A stretch of DNA of 53,349 nt from Rotaria sp. (Eukaryota). Position 1 is the stretch's first letter. Every line of letters begins with the position of its first letter. Under the pieces are notes generated by a model that saw nothing but the letters and a program-made list of their open reading frames with translations, had not been told where the DNA came from and made no database searches. Below, one piece after another: positions 1 to 14,021 of this stretch. The position numbers and the translations under genes are program-made. The stretch is taken from contig CAJNOF010000392.1 of assembly GCA_905250055.1 (NCBI GenBank), positions 49,031-102,379 of the forward strand, written 5' to 3'.

Positions 1-904
1 TTTTTTGAAATAATCGATTAAAATCAATCATTTCATAGAAAATCAAACTAATTAGTTAAAAATGTAATGGATTATAATCGATTTGATTTGAAAAAGATGT
101 CAATAATCGATGTAAAACCTAATTGAGTTTATCGAGTTTTCGTTTCAGGCAATAAGATCATTTCTTTTTTTTTCTGCAGAAGATGACTTCCGAAACGTCG
201 TTAGAAGAGTAAATGATTTGGACATCTGAAAGGAAATTATTCCGAAGAAAGTCTTATGATTTTTGTTCATCTTGAGATACAAGTCAACATTTTTCAAAGT
301 TTTGTTTGAATTTATTTTCAAATGAGTATAGCTAGTTTGTCTAACAAGGGAACCTTCCCAGGTGCCAGAGCACTTTTCAGTCGGGATTTTGCGCATCTTG
401 TAGCCCATAGTGAGCTATGTCTATGGTAAAAAAAGTTCGTCCCCCTGGCTTGTTTCTGAAGAGATAGAGCATTTTTATTATTACAACTATAAGAGAAATC
501 TTATCAGTAAAAAAGTAGTATATCAATCAATACTCATTGAAACGAATGGAGATTTTTCTCACATATTGAGCTAGAAATACTTTAACTAGAGTTTGGACTA
601 ATAACTTATAAATGATTGAAACTTTAACAAAGCTTTTGCTAAAAAATAGTTTACGTTACAAGTTATTATTTTCAACAAAAAATTTATTGTATGAAAAGTT
701 AATGAGTGTTTCTCATAGCATCGTTGTTTTCTCTTTGAACGTTCATGAACCAACAGATATCAAAGTATTCACCATAAATGGTTAAGTTTCGAAGCACACT
801 TATTGACAATGAATATTTCGTTTTCATAATAAGAGAATATGAAAGACAGTACTACTTCATTGCATTACACATTATACTAATTAGAACATATGCTTGGAAG
901 AGAT

Positions 905-1110
905 CGAGTTAGACTATGTCGATGTGAGTGTATCATGGTGTGTATGTGAATATGCGTCTTCATATCACCTTAATCTATATTGACCTTAATACCGACAGAT
1001 GCAGCATAACCTATATCCGAAAAAGAAATGCCTACACTTGCATCCTACCGGTATCCTAATCTACGCTCATACCCGCAGACACATACATATACTATATACA
1101 CACAAGCATG
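905..1110. repeat. Highly degenerate telomeric-like palindrome (gtcgatgtgagtgtatcatggtgtgtatgtgaatatgcg...acccgcagacacatacatatactatatacacacaagc).
   Basis: The G-arm then C-arm organisation is recognisable but eroded. Confidence 0.3.
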
Positions 1111-1488
1111 CTCTTAATGGTAAAACTTACAGCAACTACAAATACAATAATTTCCATTAATAAATTTTACATATTATCAAAACAAAGCATCTCTGAAAAG
1201 TAAGATATTGAAATGAGTCTTTGATAGCAGAAAATGTTTTTTTCTATGGCAAAATATAAAATATATAAGCTAGATCTGCAATTAAAACTTTTCAAAGTTA
1301 TTAAACCACATGAAGTTTCAATTACTGACCATCACACTTAGGCTAGTTTTGATAGATACATTGTCTTTCGACTATGAAACTATGAGTTCATCATGGACGA
1401 GTTATGAATTGAGTTTTATTATCTAGTTAGATTGCATAATTTTATTTTTGGTGGTTTTGAATTTATAATAGCATAAAAATTTAGTTAC

Positions 1489-1953
1489 TTAATAAGAGAT
1501 GCAAAGATCGTCAAACGCTAAATTAGCACCTTTTGTTGTTTCAACTCGAAAGGTATCAATTCCAAACCAGTTCAGTTTGATCCATTCAGAAGTTTTTACT
1601 GAGAGTCTGACACTTTGAGAATAAACTTCCTTGCCATGACGTAAGCCTGTGAAAGTTGCATTTGCAACTTCTGCCCAAGCAACAGATGCATAAAATGAAT
1701 CCAAGGTAAATGTCCTTTCATTCAGTGCAGTTATTGTCATCGGATTGCTTTCTATATTGGCTGCTACATATGCACCGCTTCGTAGAACTGTGCCATAGCC
1801 TGTATATGTGTAGGGAGCTGCACAAACAACCATAACGTTGTGCCATTGATACTGAGCATATGTACTGGGAATATTTCTGTAGGTACAGACGTCGATAATA
1901 TCGTCAAATTGAATTGGTAGTTTACCACATGGACAGCCTAGAACACAATTCAT
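1489..1953 (-). CDS. Hypothetical protein. It is a single 154-aa ORF with no internal introns; an upstream 5' exon is possible because an acceptor-like tttcag sits just 5' of the ATG region.
   Basis: Uninterrupted 465-nt ORF in a genome where most genes are intron-rich. Local GC is visibly higher than the AT-rich background. I do not recognise a family. Pattern: MNCVLGCPCGK...GYGTVLRSGAYVAAN... Confidence 0.4.
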   Translation of the reverse strand: MNCVLGCPCGKLPIQFDDIIDVCTYRNIPSTYAQYQWHNVMVVCAAPYTYTGYGTVLRSGAYVAANIESNPMTITALNERTFTLDSFYASVAWAEVANATFTGLRHGKEVYSQSVRLSVKTSEWIKLNWFGIDTFRVETTKGANLAFDDLCISY

Positions 1954-2927
1954 ACAAATAAATATGTTCTGAAATCAATAGATTAACTTTTCGAAGTACT
2001 AGATTTTAACATCGATATGAGCTATGAATTCAACAGACATGTAGCAATGTTCTGGCTTATATTCTAGAAACTGTGAATTTACAATACTTTGCAGAGTTTT
2101 GAGCCTGATTCTTTCATCAGTTAAAATATGTGAATTTTTTTCTAATAATTTAGCACTTGGCTACTCAATCATGCTTAGGACACAATCACCATTTGATATT
2201 ATTCGTAATATAGTTCACTCAAGACTTTCAACTCTTAACTATGTTGTATTTGTATAGACTGCAGCCTGAGAAAAATGAACAATATACAGTACGACTATCT
2301 TTTCTATTATAGGGATATGCAACTTCGATTCATGTGCATAATAAGTAAGTATGATCGATAATCGCTACATTCTTTTATCGTTCTTATGAGCATGAATGAT
2401 ATTCTCGCAGATAAGGGTGGGATATGAGTGCTGGGATGAATTTCCATATCATCCATCCACGCCTCGAATTCTTTTACATTGACAGTGTTAATCTTTTATA
2501 TTTTGAGAAATTAACAGACGTGTTTTTCATTTCTGCCATTGTTATATACTTTGTCGACTGTAGTATAGTTATGATTAATTGATGAGTACATGATCATGAC
2601 ACGAAACGAAATGTAAGAGGTGTCTTATAATGATACAGGATATAGAAAGGCCTAAGGACCACTAAGACTCTGATATTCAGAATCAACGTAGTGAACTGCA
2701 TACAGTCATGCATGTTTCTATGACAAATCGATTAATCATTTGAGGAGCTTTCCTTGTTAGAGAAGACTTGACTCTGAAAGAAATGAGCAGCACAAGATTC
2801 GTAAGAACATGGGATATTGACTTCTATCCTTAGAGTATTTGAACTTTTATATCCACTGGATTTTGAGTTGTGGATTCAACGTCGTTTTCAAATCGTGAAA
2901 CCCAACTACTATTTTTTCCCTTCTAAT

Positions 2928-3537
2928 CTAGTATTTTGCTTCTATCACTGACAGATGCAAATGCTTGAAGATAATTTTCACTAAACGGTGTGATGAATCA
3001 TCATCGATATTATAGGTATTTTCATATCGATGTGCACTAGCTGTGTTGTATTTTACATCTAATTGCCGCAATTGTATTATTACGAAAACTATATACATAC
3101 CATAGTCGTTATTTGGCGGGCATCGTAATTTGGAATCAGCAGCTGATAACGGATAGCAAACAGATTTTCTACAACGTGTATCCGTTACACAAACAGTATT
3201 TGGTTCTGTGCATGTCATGTTATCCGAATTACAAGGTAACATTTGTGAACAAGATACTGTAGCGTCGGCACACATTTGACCTCCAGTAGCCAACGAGAAA
3301 TACTCACAATCATAATTGCTCGAGCACGGTGGTATTTCGTTTGATGAAAATCCAACTACCATTTCATGATGAACTGTATTGATACGATATATTGATGTTT
3401 AAGAAATTTTTCAAATTTGATCATAATACTTACCGATATTTAACAATAATAAAATGACCAAAAGTCTTTGAAAATGAAAGATAAATCGATTCAAAAAACT
3501 ATCGAAGGTAACTTCACAAAAACACTTACAGAGTCAT
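2928..3537 (-). CDS. Secreted cysteine-rich protein, with a 3-exon model: 3530-3537, 3434-3465 and 2928-3373.
   Basis: Splicing two GT..AG introns (3466-3529 and 3374-3433) joins ATGACTCT + exon 2 + the long ORF in frame. This gives MTLLLVILLLLNIVHHEMVVGFSSNEIPPCSSNYDCEY..., that is, a signal peptide followed by a Cys-rich mature region of about 20 Cys. The 3' part may contain a further intron (gtatgt...ag near 3060-3110). Confidence 0.45.
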
Positions 3538-6066
3538 CGTGAAATTGAATAGTGTTTGGAATTTTTCACTACGAAATTGTGGCAAGTTTTCAAAGATGAC
3601 GTTGTTTTCAAGAAAAGCCAAGTCTTTGTACAAGATATGCGCAGAATATCTGATATATATAGGTATATGATGAGAATGGTAAGGCAGCAAAGATTAAATC
3701 GAAACATGATATAAAGCTGTTATTTCGGTGTGATAGTCAATTAACTGAGCTTTTTTTTGTTGAAACAAAATCGTTTTCTTTCAATAAATATGACAGTCAC
3801 CCAATATTTAGCTAGCATACACAATATGCAACTGAGAGAAGAGTTGAATTTATTTGAAGAACACCTGTGTCCTTAATCGCTTGTATTTTAACATTTGAAA
3901 TTAGTATCTAATCTCATTGGCTTATATTGTCCGCCAGATGTGTAAAATTGAATTCAAATTTTTTTGGAAACTTTAAGGGTCTAATATGTGCATAAGCCTA
4001 ATTTTAATCAGACATCTGTTTTCATTTTTAAAGGTATGCAACGTTCTTTTGACTTTCACAAATAAGATATGATTCGATTAAAAAAAATGATATATCGCTT
4101 CGAGCAACTGGTTGCTCCATGGTTCTAAGTCAACTAATCTTCAAAAGAAGATTTTTGAATGTATACGTGTGTGTGGGTAAGATAATCCTCATCAAATACA
4201 TCTACAAATGTGTGTGTCTAAAAACAACTTTTCATTGCTCGATATTGAATTGATAATTCAAAATGAAGTCATATAAGCTATTATTAATCGTCTAGCTAAA
4301 GTTAGAATGATAGTTTGATGTTATATTTTGAAAATTACAACAATAAGATGATTACTAGGAAAATTATTTTGAGCAAATTATAATGATGTTATTTTTTTAT
4401 TGATCTGTAAGTCTTAATTATCAGATAGTTCAGTGACATATCCAGCGGGAATTGATTTTCCTCTTTCCTTTAGCAGAGAAAATTACAAGACACTCATAAA
4501 GTAACTATAAAAAAGATTTAAATATCTTCACTGCATCCTAACCCAATGAGCTGATTTTTTTCCGGGTGACAGAAGAGAGTTTCAAGTTTTTATCTCTAAA
4601 AAAAAAACATTTAAGAATATTAAATAAAAACTAAAACAGGTTATTTTAATCGACAAAAATCTACTCTATTAGAAAGAGACAGCAGTAATTATCTTGAATG
4701 TTCGAAAATTTCCTGTATAAGAAAGCACTTTGCAAATGTGGAAGAGCTAACGAAACTATTGAAGGCATTGGGAAAATATAGTGTAATTTGTATAAAGCTA
4801 TGTGAGTTTCACTTCAAATAGCTATATGGAACACTGTAAAACTCAAGGGCTGAAGAATAAAAAAGGAAAGAAAGATATAAAGATGACCTTCTGCCTCTAA
4901 GATTTCATATCTACCATTTTGTTCTAAGTACATAACGTAGACTTTTGTATTAAGTTAATTTTCGTTCATTTTCTATTAATTATCCTTTTATTATTCTCTA
5001 TAAATAAAAATCTAGAACTCTCTTCTATCACTAGAAAACAAATTAATACATTTGTAGAGTAAACAAACATTTACTAGAAGCTTTCAGATGTTTACCATGA
5101 TGATCAACCTTTATTTTAAAAAATATCCTGAACATATGTTTGAAATATTTTCTAGATTATCTTAGTAAACCATAATGCATAAGTAATCGTTTCATTTGAA
5201 GCTTATTCAAAGTAGTATACAAAGCTTATTTAATGTAAAATTATTTCGGTTCGTATGTTGATTATTGCAAAATAATCTACAAAGTCATTCAAATGAAAAA
5301 TGAATCCAATACTAAATAGTGAAGACAAACACTGATTCCCAAAAGTGATTTTTTTTATCTAAAATTGTTTTCTTAATATAGCCGATCGAATCCAAAATTT
5401 TCAGACCTGGACGAACCGCACTTTAATACTCTCAATGAAATTTTTTAATGGGAATTGAATGGTCACTCCGACAACATGAAACACTTTTGTTCGATTAATC
5501 GTATTCTGTGACTAGTGTGTTACTTACACCTTTCCCAGACAACTAAGCCTCGTCAAATTCTGCTTTTTCTTTCCTTTAAAAATTCTAAATCCAACACTGA
5601 TGAATTGATATGTTTTCTCAAAAATTACGCTTGTTGTCTTTTATACGTAGGAAATAAATTCAATTTCCATGAAATACTAAAAAAAATCTATTAAATATTT
5701 AGATCAAGACTCACATTGCCATGTGGCGCTATCTATTAGATCATATGCTTGAATTTTTAATCTAAAATTACATTTTTGTTTTAAATCAAAACATTTACAA
5801 TCGATATTTAATAAGAAATATTTATCTCATTAGTCTTTGATTGTTACTATGGTCATCAACACTTGAAAAATATGGTAACAACAAAGAAATGAACTTAAAA
5901 ACGAAGCAACAACCGAGTAAAGAACGAACAAAACAAATATGAAATCATTTAAAGAACATGACAATCACTTACTCAACTACTACTTAACACATTTTATTAC
6001 GTCTATTCAATGTTTAATTGATTGTTATGTAGAATATTCTTGTTTCTACTAGTTCTTCAAATTTAA

Positions 6067-9000
6067 ATGCAAATCACACAACAACGTTTAGTGCCTACAC
6101 GGCAAGAACAAACAGCTAATCATTGGCAAACTGAATCTATGCATTCAAAAACAACAACAACAACAACACCAATGTCAAATCGAGTTTATCAACCTTTAAC
6201 ATTTTCTATAGATGATCGTTTATCACAACAACATTTAACAGAACTTGATTTATGTTCAAAAAATTTAAAAAAAATAGAAAAACTACAAAATAATATTAAT
6301 TTTAATGTTATTTTACTTGATAATAATGATATAACTAAAGTAGAACATCTTGATGTTCTTACACATCTTATTCAAGTAAGATTCTTTTTTTTTGCTATAT
6401 CTCTTCTTTGTATAGATATCCTTTTTTTTTAATAATTTTTAGTTATCAATATCTCATAATCGATTAATTGATATTCGTTTAATAAGTCGTTTAAAAACAT
6501 TACAAAAATTAAATCTATCCAATAATTCTCTTGATTCAATTGATTGTAATAAAACAGAAAACAAAAAAAAACCTAGAGAAATTCTTTTAATTTCTTTTAT
6601 TTAGGTCTTAAAACTTTACAAAATCTTGTCATGCTTAATATTTCCAGTAATCATATACAAAATATTGGTGCATTAAATAGTTGTCATTCATTACAATCAT
6701 TAGATGCAAGTGATAATTCTGTTCGACATATTGAAGATCTTTCACATTTAACATCATTAAAAGTAATATAAACGAGACATTTTTTAAAAGATTATCGACA
6801 AAGTATTTTTCAATCTCTTCAAAGAGTTTGTTGAATTTTCCAAAAACAATCAGAATTTTGCGATTATGACTTGAACATTTCTATAGGACTTTTAATTTGA
6901 GATTGATGAGTCAAACTTGACAGTGCTACAACTTACTCAAATTAGAAGTGAAGTATCGTGGCAATTTTAACGATTTCTATGAAGAACAGACTTGAAGAAT
7001 GAGTTTTGCCTTATTCAAAATTAATGCGAAATTTTGATTCAAGATCAATGTTTTTTTGAGTTTCTATAAATTGAAAAATACTTTTTTTTTCGATAATTGA
7101 TTATTTAATTGAAGAAAAACTTATTTTATTTTTGATTAGTTTTTAAATTTACATAAAAATCTTATTGATACATTAACATCAATATCAAGATATTGGCCAA
7201 AATCAATTCATACATTAATCATATCAGATAATGAAATAAAAGATTTAACTGAGGTAAGAATTTTTTTTAGTTCATTTTAATTTACGATTTCTTTTTATTT
7301 CTTCTTCGTTTTTTAAATTAGATTTGTTATTTATCATCATTAATTGATTTAAATACATTATATATTCAAAATAATCCATGTTTATTTGTTATTGATGATC
7401 GACATGGTTGTCATCAACCATTTGATTATCGTCCATATATTCTTAATTGGTGTTTAACAATTCACAATTTAGATGGAACATTCATTACAAGAAAAGAAAG
7501 GTTCATACAAGTAGAATCTATTTTTCGACATACGATTTAACAGGAGTATTGACTAGAGCTCATGGATTGATCGCATAGCAATAACATCTCGTTATAATAT
7601 ATGTAGAGATGTAAGCTGATGCATTGATCAATGGCTCAGTCGATCAACTTACATGTCTAAATATGTCAGCTACTTGTTGCTAGGACTAATCAAAGCTTGG
7701 ACAGTCTTCATGCATTGGATCTGAAAGATTAACTCAGATTTTTAGTTCAAACAGTTCAATGCTGTCGCTAGATCTCTACCAGTGAGTGCTCTACTTAAAT
7801 CAAAATTTCACAATCGTAGTCAGCTATGAAGAAGAGATTCATGCTGGGATCATCTCACGAGAGAACCTCTCCAAGTGTTAATCGCCGATCGAGCTCATAT
7901 TTTACTCATAAGTAAGACTTGATGAGACTAGCAGAAGCCAGAAAAGATTCGTCCCCATACGTGCTGCTCTTCCGGAGTTACGACCGTTTTACTGGTTTTT
8001 CGACCTCTGGTAATGGTATTTATAGGAAAGCCCAACAATAGAATTTTGTCCACAAACAGGTCTCATGGTCATTAGAATGACCTAAAAGTTTAACCTAAAT
8101 TGAATGTTTCTTTCTCAAGATATTGAATTTTCCAGGAGCGATCATATTTCAAAGACAAAAGTCAAAAAATCGAGCTTTTTGGAAACTCAATATCTTGAGA
8201 AAGAAACGTACATTTTAGCTGAAACTTTTCAGACATTCTTGTAACCATGAGACCTGTTTATGTACAAAATTCCATTGCTGGACTTTCTTCTAAATCCCAT
8301 TGCCAGAGGTCGAAAAACCAGCAAAACGGTCGTAACTTCTGAAGGACAGCATATGGGAACGAATCCTTCTGGGCTTCTGCTAGTCTTATCAAGTCTTACT
8401 TATGAGTAAAATATGAGCTCGATCGACGACTAACACTTGAAGAGGTTACCTCGTCAGACAATGAACGCTTGGCCTCGCACTAAGATTACAGCACGTTGCA
8501 GTATCCTATCTATGACATATTATAGACATGCGAACCTTTATTTGTTGATAAGAAAATGAAAACAGTGTTTTTCGTGTTTCCTTTGCATTAAGATCTATTA
8601 ATTTGTATAGTTCCTTGCGATCAGGATTAACCAAGCTCTATTTGTAGTCAAAATGTTAGACAAAAGGATTGAATTTTAGTAGCGATACTTCTTACGACTA
8701 CTGTAAAATAAAACAATCTGCCTATGACTAACAAAAGCAATTATATCTTAATCCTGCAAGGATTGTCGTAACAGTTTGTCTTTTAAATTTAGTTTAAAAT
8801 CTGAATGGCTGTTAAGTCAAGGTAAAGGACGATCATTTCGATCGGGTGAACATAATGAACTTGTTCAATATTTAATAAAAGTTTGTGGAACTGATGCAGA
8901 TGAAGTAAAACTTTGATTTCAAAATTTTCTATTATTTGTTTTCTTTTTTGTTTGAAGAGAGATGATCTTCATCTATCACGTATTATGTTTCAACAAGATT

Positions 9001-12000
9001 TATATAAACAAAATTTTGATGGTAAAGAAAAAGAAAAAGAAAAATTGACGTTATTTAATGGCATACTTTTTTTTTTTTTTACTTTTTAAAGAAATGTTTA
9101 TACGAGCATCTGATACAATGAAAGATGCAAATGATACATTATCTAAAGGTTAGAGATATCTTGTTTTTTTTTAAAATTCTATTAATTTAAAATAATTAAT
9201 TTTTAGATACTCAAACTAAATTACAAAAAAGTTTACTTATATCTGAATCTGAATTTGTTAAAATTAGTCCATCATCTTCTATTTCACCAGTTAAGGAACC
9301 AATTCTATCTGATTATCATCAAAAAATATCTTTTACAAATTCAGAACAACAAATGCAAACACCAAGTCCTCGATATATTCGATCGACTACTCAAAACGAT
9401 GAACAAATAACTGAACATAGTTCAAATACTCGTTATAGTGATTATGATAATCGACCTATAAAACCACTCGATAAAAATATGCTTCAATCAAAACTTAATC
9501 AATATCCAATTGACAATCATACAAATGATGATGCAAATATATCTCGACCACGAGCATTAACTAATCCTCAACAATCTAAACGTACATCAACTCATTTAAC
9601 ATATAATGCTAATCGATATTCACCAAAAACTACTACACGTGGACCAACAGCATCAACAACTATGCATGTTAATATGCGTACAAAATCAAATAAAAATCTT
9701 CCTATACGTAATTATTATAATTCAAAGATAGATTTTGAAATCGTAAAAACAAATTGTTTTTTATTGTTAAATAATTTTTTTAGAACAAAAAAATCGTGCA
9801 AAACGTCATACAATTGCTGCAGATAATACAAATGCATTTCATTTAGTGAAACGTACGCATCGTACAACATCAGCACTTAAGGAGAAACATAAACAACAAC
9901 AACCTACTTCAAATGAAATTAAAAATTGTAGGTGTACACTGAAAAGAAAAGAAATATAAAGTAGTTAATAAAACGTTTAAAATAGCTGCATTTTCGAACT
10001 TCTTTACTCAACGGTATAAATGTTCGACTTGTGTTAAATATTTTTGACTTGATCAGATTTGGTCTTTGATATTGATCACTTTTCTCTTTTTGTATTTGAT
10101 ATTTTACAGTGATGATAACACGATTATGTGATAAAATTTTTTCTTGTCGTATGTATACAACCTACTATCTTTCGATCGCGCTACTGGACAAACAGTACAC
10201 TTACTATGCAATTTTGTCTGATGTCAGTGAAGAATAGATTATGTAATACATACCTTCTAGTTTTTGTTAAGTTTTTCTACACTCTCTTATACAACTTTCA
10301 AATGAGGAAAACATTCCGAAGGCTTTTTACATCTACAAATTATTTAGAGACTGCAAACCCATCCTGAGATTCGCAATCCGATCCGATATAAGTCGGGCAC
10401 GGAATGATATTAGCTGGGAAGGTACATCTGTTGATTGCTTCTATCCTAAAGTACAGTTATTGTAAAAGGATGTTTTTATTTCAGTATAGGCTAAATAAAA
10501 AAACTCATAACTTTCAGAAAACGTTATTCTTATAAATGCCTGTTTCTTTGCAAAGTTTTAAGTCGAAATTCAAAACTTAACTTTTCTGCTATACCTGAGG
10601 AACGCTAGCAGCAATTAGTTTGAACTTTTTTCAAAATATTTGTAGCTTATCAGAACATCTATGATGCACATAGTTTCGAATCAAAAGCGATTTAACAGTT
10701 AGAAATGTTCTATCGTCGATTTTGTAGAACAAAATTCGTTCGACAAAACTTTTTGTATGATAGATTTTTAAAATTTTGTCTTTTTGGGTCAGCGTTTTTT
10801 TTGATCAATCCCGATTGTCATAGAAATTAGCTGTTTAATAGAAACTCCTAAATAAAATTCCACTTATCGTAAATAGATAGAATTCTTTTTTAATTTTTTT
10901 ATTCAACACTATTATTCTTATAGTAACAGATGATGAAGATGAATTACAATTAAAATCTGCTCCTGTTAATACAATGTTATCGCCTCAAAATACAACATAT
11001 AATCGAGACAATAGTATTGAATTAAAAAAATTAACAACATCAATGGAAACAATGAGAACATCAGTTCTTCAAGCGTAAGATCTTATTCGTAAAATTTTTA
11101 TTTCTTTAATTTTTTTTATTTTATTTAAAATAGATATCTTGATTTACATGAACGATTTACTAAAACAACAGAATTACAAACATCAGCATTAGCTACACTT
11201 TGGAAAATGGTAAGAAATTCGAAACTAAGAAAAAACAAATTTCTTATTGAAAAGTTTCTTTTCTTTTTTTTAGTTCGAATCTCAAAATTTAACTCATCAA
11301 CATGAAACAGAAAAAATACTTGAAGAAAATCGTTTACTTAATCAACGTTTACATGAACTTGAATCACGTTTAAATAATAAATCTCATACATTATATCCAC
11401 CACTTCGTGCACATATATCAAAACGTGATACAAAAAGTTTTTTTCTTCATTGGGTACCAAATCCATTAAATGAACAATATAAAATTCTTGGTTATAGAAT
11501 ATATATTGATGATATTTTAAAAGGTTTTGTTGAATCCGGAAAATTCGAAACAATTATTGATTGTATTCGTGATGAAGGAGAATATAAAATAAAACTTCGT
11601 ACATATGATGAATATAGTGAATCAGAAGATTCAAATATTGTTATAGCAAGATTTCGTCGTCAAAATCCAATAACACCACGATCAGATTCAAATTCATCTG
11701 AAACAAAAATAATTCATCGTACTCAATCAGAAGATAATACTAATGAAGCACAATTTATACAGATACCATTAAGACAAACACAATCACAAGAAAATTTAGA
11801 TGATCCATCAATTATTAAGAATAAATCACAAATTGATAGTAATCAATCAATATCATCAGGTGGATTTCCTTTATCAACAAAACCACATACTCAAATTTCA
11901 ACAACACCAGATAAAAAAACGGTAAAACAATCATTATATCAATTAATATTTACTAGGGAAATCAAAAAGTTCTGAGAATTTTAAAAATGAGCATGCCGAG

Positions 12001-12943
12001 TTTGATAATCTATTCAGAATTTAAAAAAACTAAACACATCGTGTTGTAGAACAAGTCGAGACGCGTCGAATGTTATATGAAAAATCATCTTTTCATAAGA
12101 TTTTGAGAGAACCACACTGGATTTACTGGTGGACGTCCGTGAATTCAAAGACTCATCAACAATCACTACCCATAGAAAACGACGGTGGGTCATCGAAAAG
12201 TTACATTTTTCCCTATGAAAGATAGGATGATCGAAGATGCAGAGTATATGAGCTTGTAGCCCGTAAAAAGCGCTACAAAACTATATATAGGAAAATTATT
12301 TTTACAAACATTTTCGACTGATATCAAGACCCACAATGGTCAGTGTTTTCATTCGATGGTCGTCGCCTATCAGTAAATCCAGTCTGGTTCCCTCAAAATC
12401 TTATGAAAACAAGATTTTTTATATACCATTCGACTTGCTCTACAACATGGCATATTTTGCTTTTTTTAAATTCTGAATATATCACAAAATCCGACATGCT
12501 TCTCTTTAAAATTCGAAGAACTTTTTGATCTCTCTATGTATATATAACATTTTTTTTAGAAAAATTCTGAAGAACTTATTTCACCTGTTTCATCAAATCC
12601 TTCACCTTCTAATCATACAAATTCAAATGATAATAATATCATTAATCGTAAACCTCCAAAATCATCTGATTCAAGTCCTAATCATAGTGATAAAACAATA
12701 ACAACAATAAATAATAAATCTTGTAATAAAATTTTATTCACTAATAATTCTGATGATACATCTTCAACTACTACTACAACAAAACGTAGTCCAACACGAA
12801 CAGGAATAATGTCTCGTCTTACTAAAAGTCCATATAAACTTAAGCGTAATGTTCTATTAAATGCTTTAACAATAAATCAAACACCAAGTCCAATAGAACC
12901 TGTCGATACAAATCAATCAGAAGTAATTAAGGAAAAATATTAG
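6067..12943 (+). CDS. Multi-exon gene for a protein with N-terminal SDS22-like leucine-rich repeats, a central coiled-coil/low-complexity region and a fibronectin type III domain. Exons include 6067-6372, ~6441-6547, ~6604-6752, ~7141-7254, ~7322-7499, ~8782-8903, ~8950-9060, ~9087-9150, ~9207-9750, ~9786-9930, ~10926-11075, ~11145-11210, ~11278-11921 and ~12561-12943. A further 3' exon at 13021-13217 is possible.
   Basis: Exon 1 is anchored by ORF 6067-6432 and its donor gtaaga at 6373. There are successive 22-24-residue LRRs (LxxLxLxxNxIxxIxx[33 protein letters not shown]...). The large exon 11278-11921 encodes an FN3-like module ([25 protein letters not shown]...[15 protein letters not shown]). 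The architecture resembles centrosomal/ciliary LRR-coiled-coil proteins. Exact orthology is not assigned. Confidence 0.65.
7856..8462. repeat. Near-perfect palindrome of about 600 bp (arms about 300 bp, centre about 8160). It is a foldback / hairpin-forming element inside an intron of the LRR gene.
   Basis: The left arm (7858-8150: gagaacctctccaagtgttaatcgccgatcgagctcatattttactcataagtaagacttgatgagactagcagaagcc...) is the reverse complement of the right arm (8170-8462: ...ggcttctgctagtcttatcaagtcttacttatgagtaaaatatgagctcgatcgacgactaacacttgaagaggttacctc) at roughly 85-90% identity, and the match continues to the centre. Confidence 0.8.
8597..8775. repeat. Short inverted-repeat (MITE-like) element in the same intron.
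   Basis: ccttgcgatcaggattaaccaag at about 8615 pairs with cttaatcctgcaaggattgtcg at about 8745, as reverse complements, about 130 bp apart. Confidence 0.4.
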
Positions 12944-13645
12944 AACGAAAGTCACATTCATTGGTTTTATTTATTGACAGTCTCAATATGACGTCTTTTC
13001 TTTTTACTTTATTTTAGATCAATCTAATTGATCGAACAACATCGTTTCAAGTTGAATTATATAACGGCAATAATCATGGTCATTTTCTAATTCAACATCC
13101 TGTTATACCATCAAATTCAATAAATATTTCTTCTACTTCTTCATCTTCACCACCACCACCAATACCTCCACGAAACAAAAATATTCTTATAAATTCACTT
13201 GAACAAAATTCTTTTTAATTGTATATATTTTTCATGAATTTTTTTTTTTTGTTCCCCCTTTGTCAGATATTTGATATATAATGCATAAAATTGTTGATTA
13301 CTCTTTTTTTTTTTTGGTTGCTTTGTTTATCAAATTATAAATAAAAATTACAAACAGAATCTTTAATAATCAGTTCGTCTTAAAATCAAGATGTCGCACT
13401 CGACAATATCTATGAGAAAATATACGATTGGATTTAGAAAGAAAAAATGGGTAAAAAAAGAAAAAGTGAGGGACAATTAATCGACATGTCGTTTTTCATT
13501 TCAACTTATTCGATTAAATATGAAACCAAAAACAACATCATCAAATAATTTCGATCGACCAAAGTTACTTTTATTTAAGTTTCTTGCTCATCAGTATGAA
13601 TTATCTTTCTATGTATTTTGTTTTCATAAAATTTATCTCTAAATA

Positions 13646-14021
13646 GAATTCATCCATTTGCTTATGCTGTAAATACATTTCTTCAACCAGCACTTGATGA
13701 TTGTCAAGCATTATTACATGATAATCCACAAGATACATTTAATATTTTATTATCACTTACACAAACATTTATACGTTTTGCACCTGATACAGAATTAATC
13801 TATGATGATATACAACAATTTGCTAGTAAATTAATATTTTTTTATGTTTTATTTATTTTTTTAATTTTTTTACAGGTAAACTTAAAAATAGTATTGATGA
13901 ATGTTTTATATGGCTTGATCCAGATACTATTCAACATTCATCACAATTACTTGAATCAATTCGTCATAATCTTTTATTTATAATTAAATATGAAAGTAAA
14001 AAAACAAATTTTAAAAACTAA
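13646..14021 (+). CDS. Two terminal coding exons (13646-13827 and 13877-14021) of an unassigned gene, encoding ...FAS/KLKNSIDECFIWLDPDTIQHSSQLLESIRHNLLFIIKYESKKTNFKN*.
   Basis: An acceptor ctctaaatag is followed by an in-frame exon, then the donor gtaaat at 13828, the acceptor ttttttacag at 13876, and a stop TAA at 14019-14021. The 5' exons were not identified. The family is unknown. Confidence 0.3.

Noticed and set aside
145-408. Minus ORF MGYKMRKIPTEK...
   Set aside because: No splice context, composition typical of non-coding AT-rich sequence, and no recognisable domain.
9353-9826. ORF 9353-9826 as a stand-alone gene
   Set aside because: It is in frame with, and part of, a larger exon of the LRR/FN3 gene. 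Its 3' end runs into an intron, so it is not an independent CDS.
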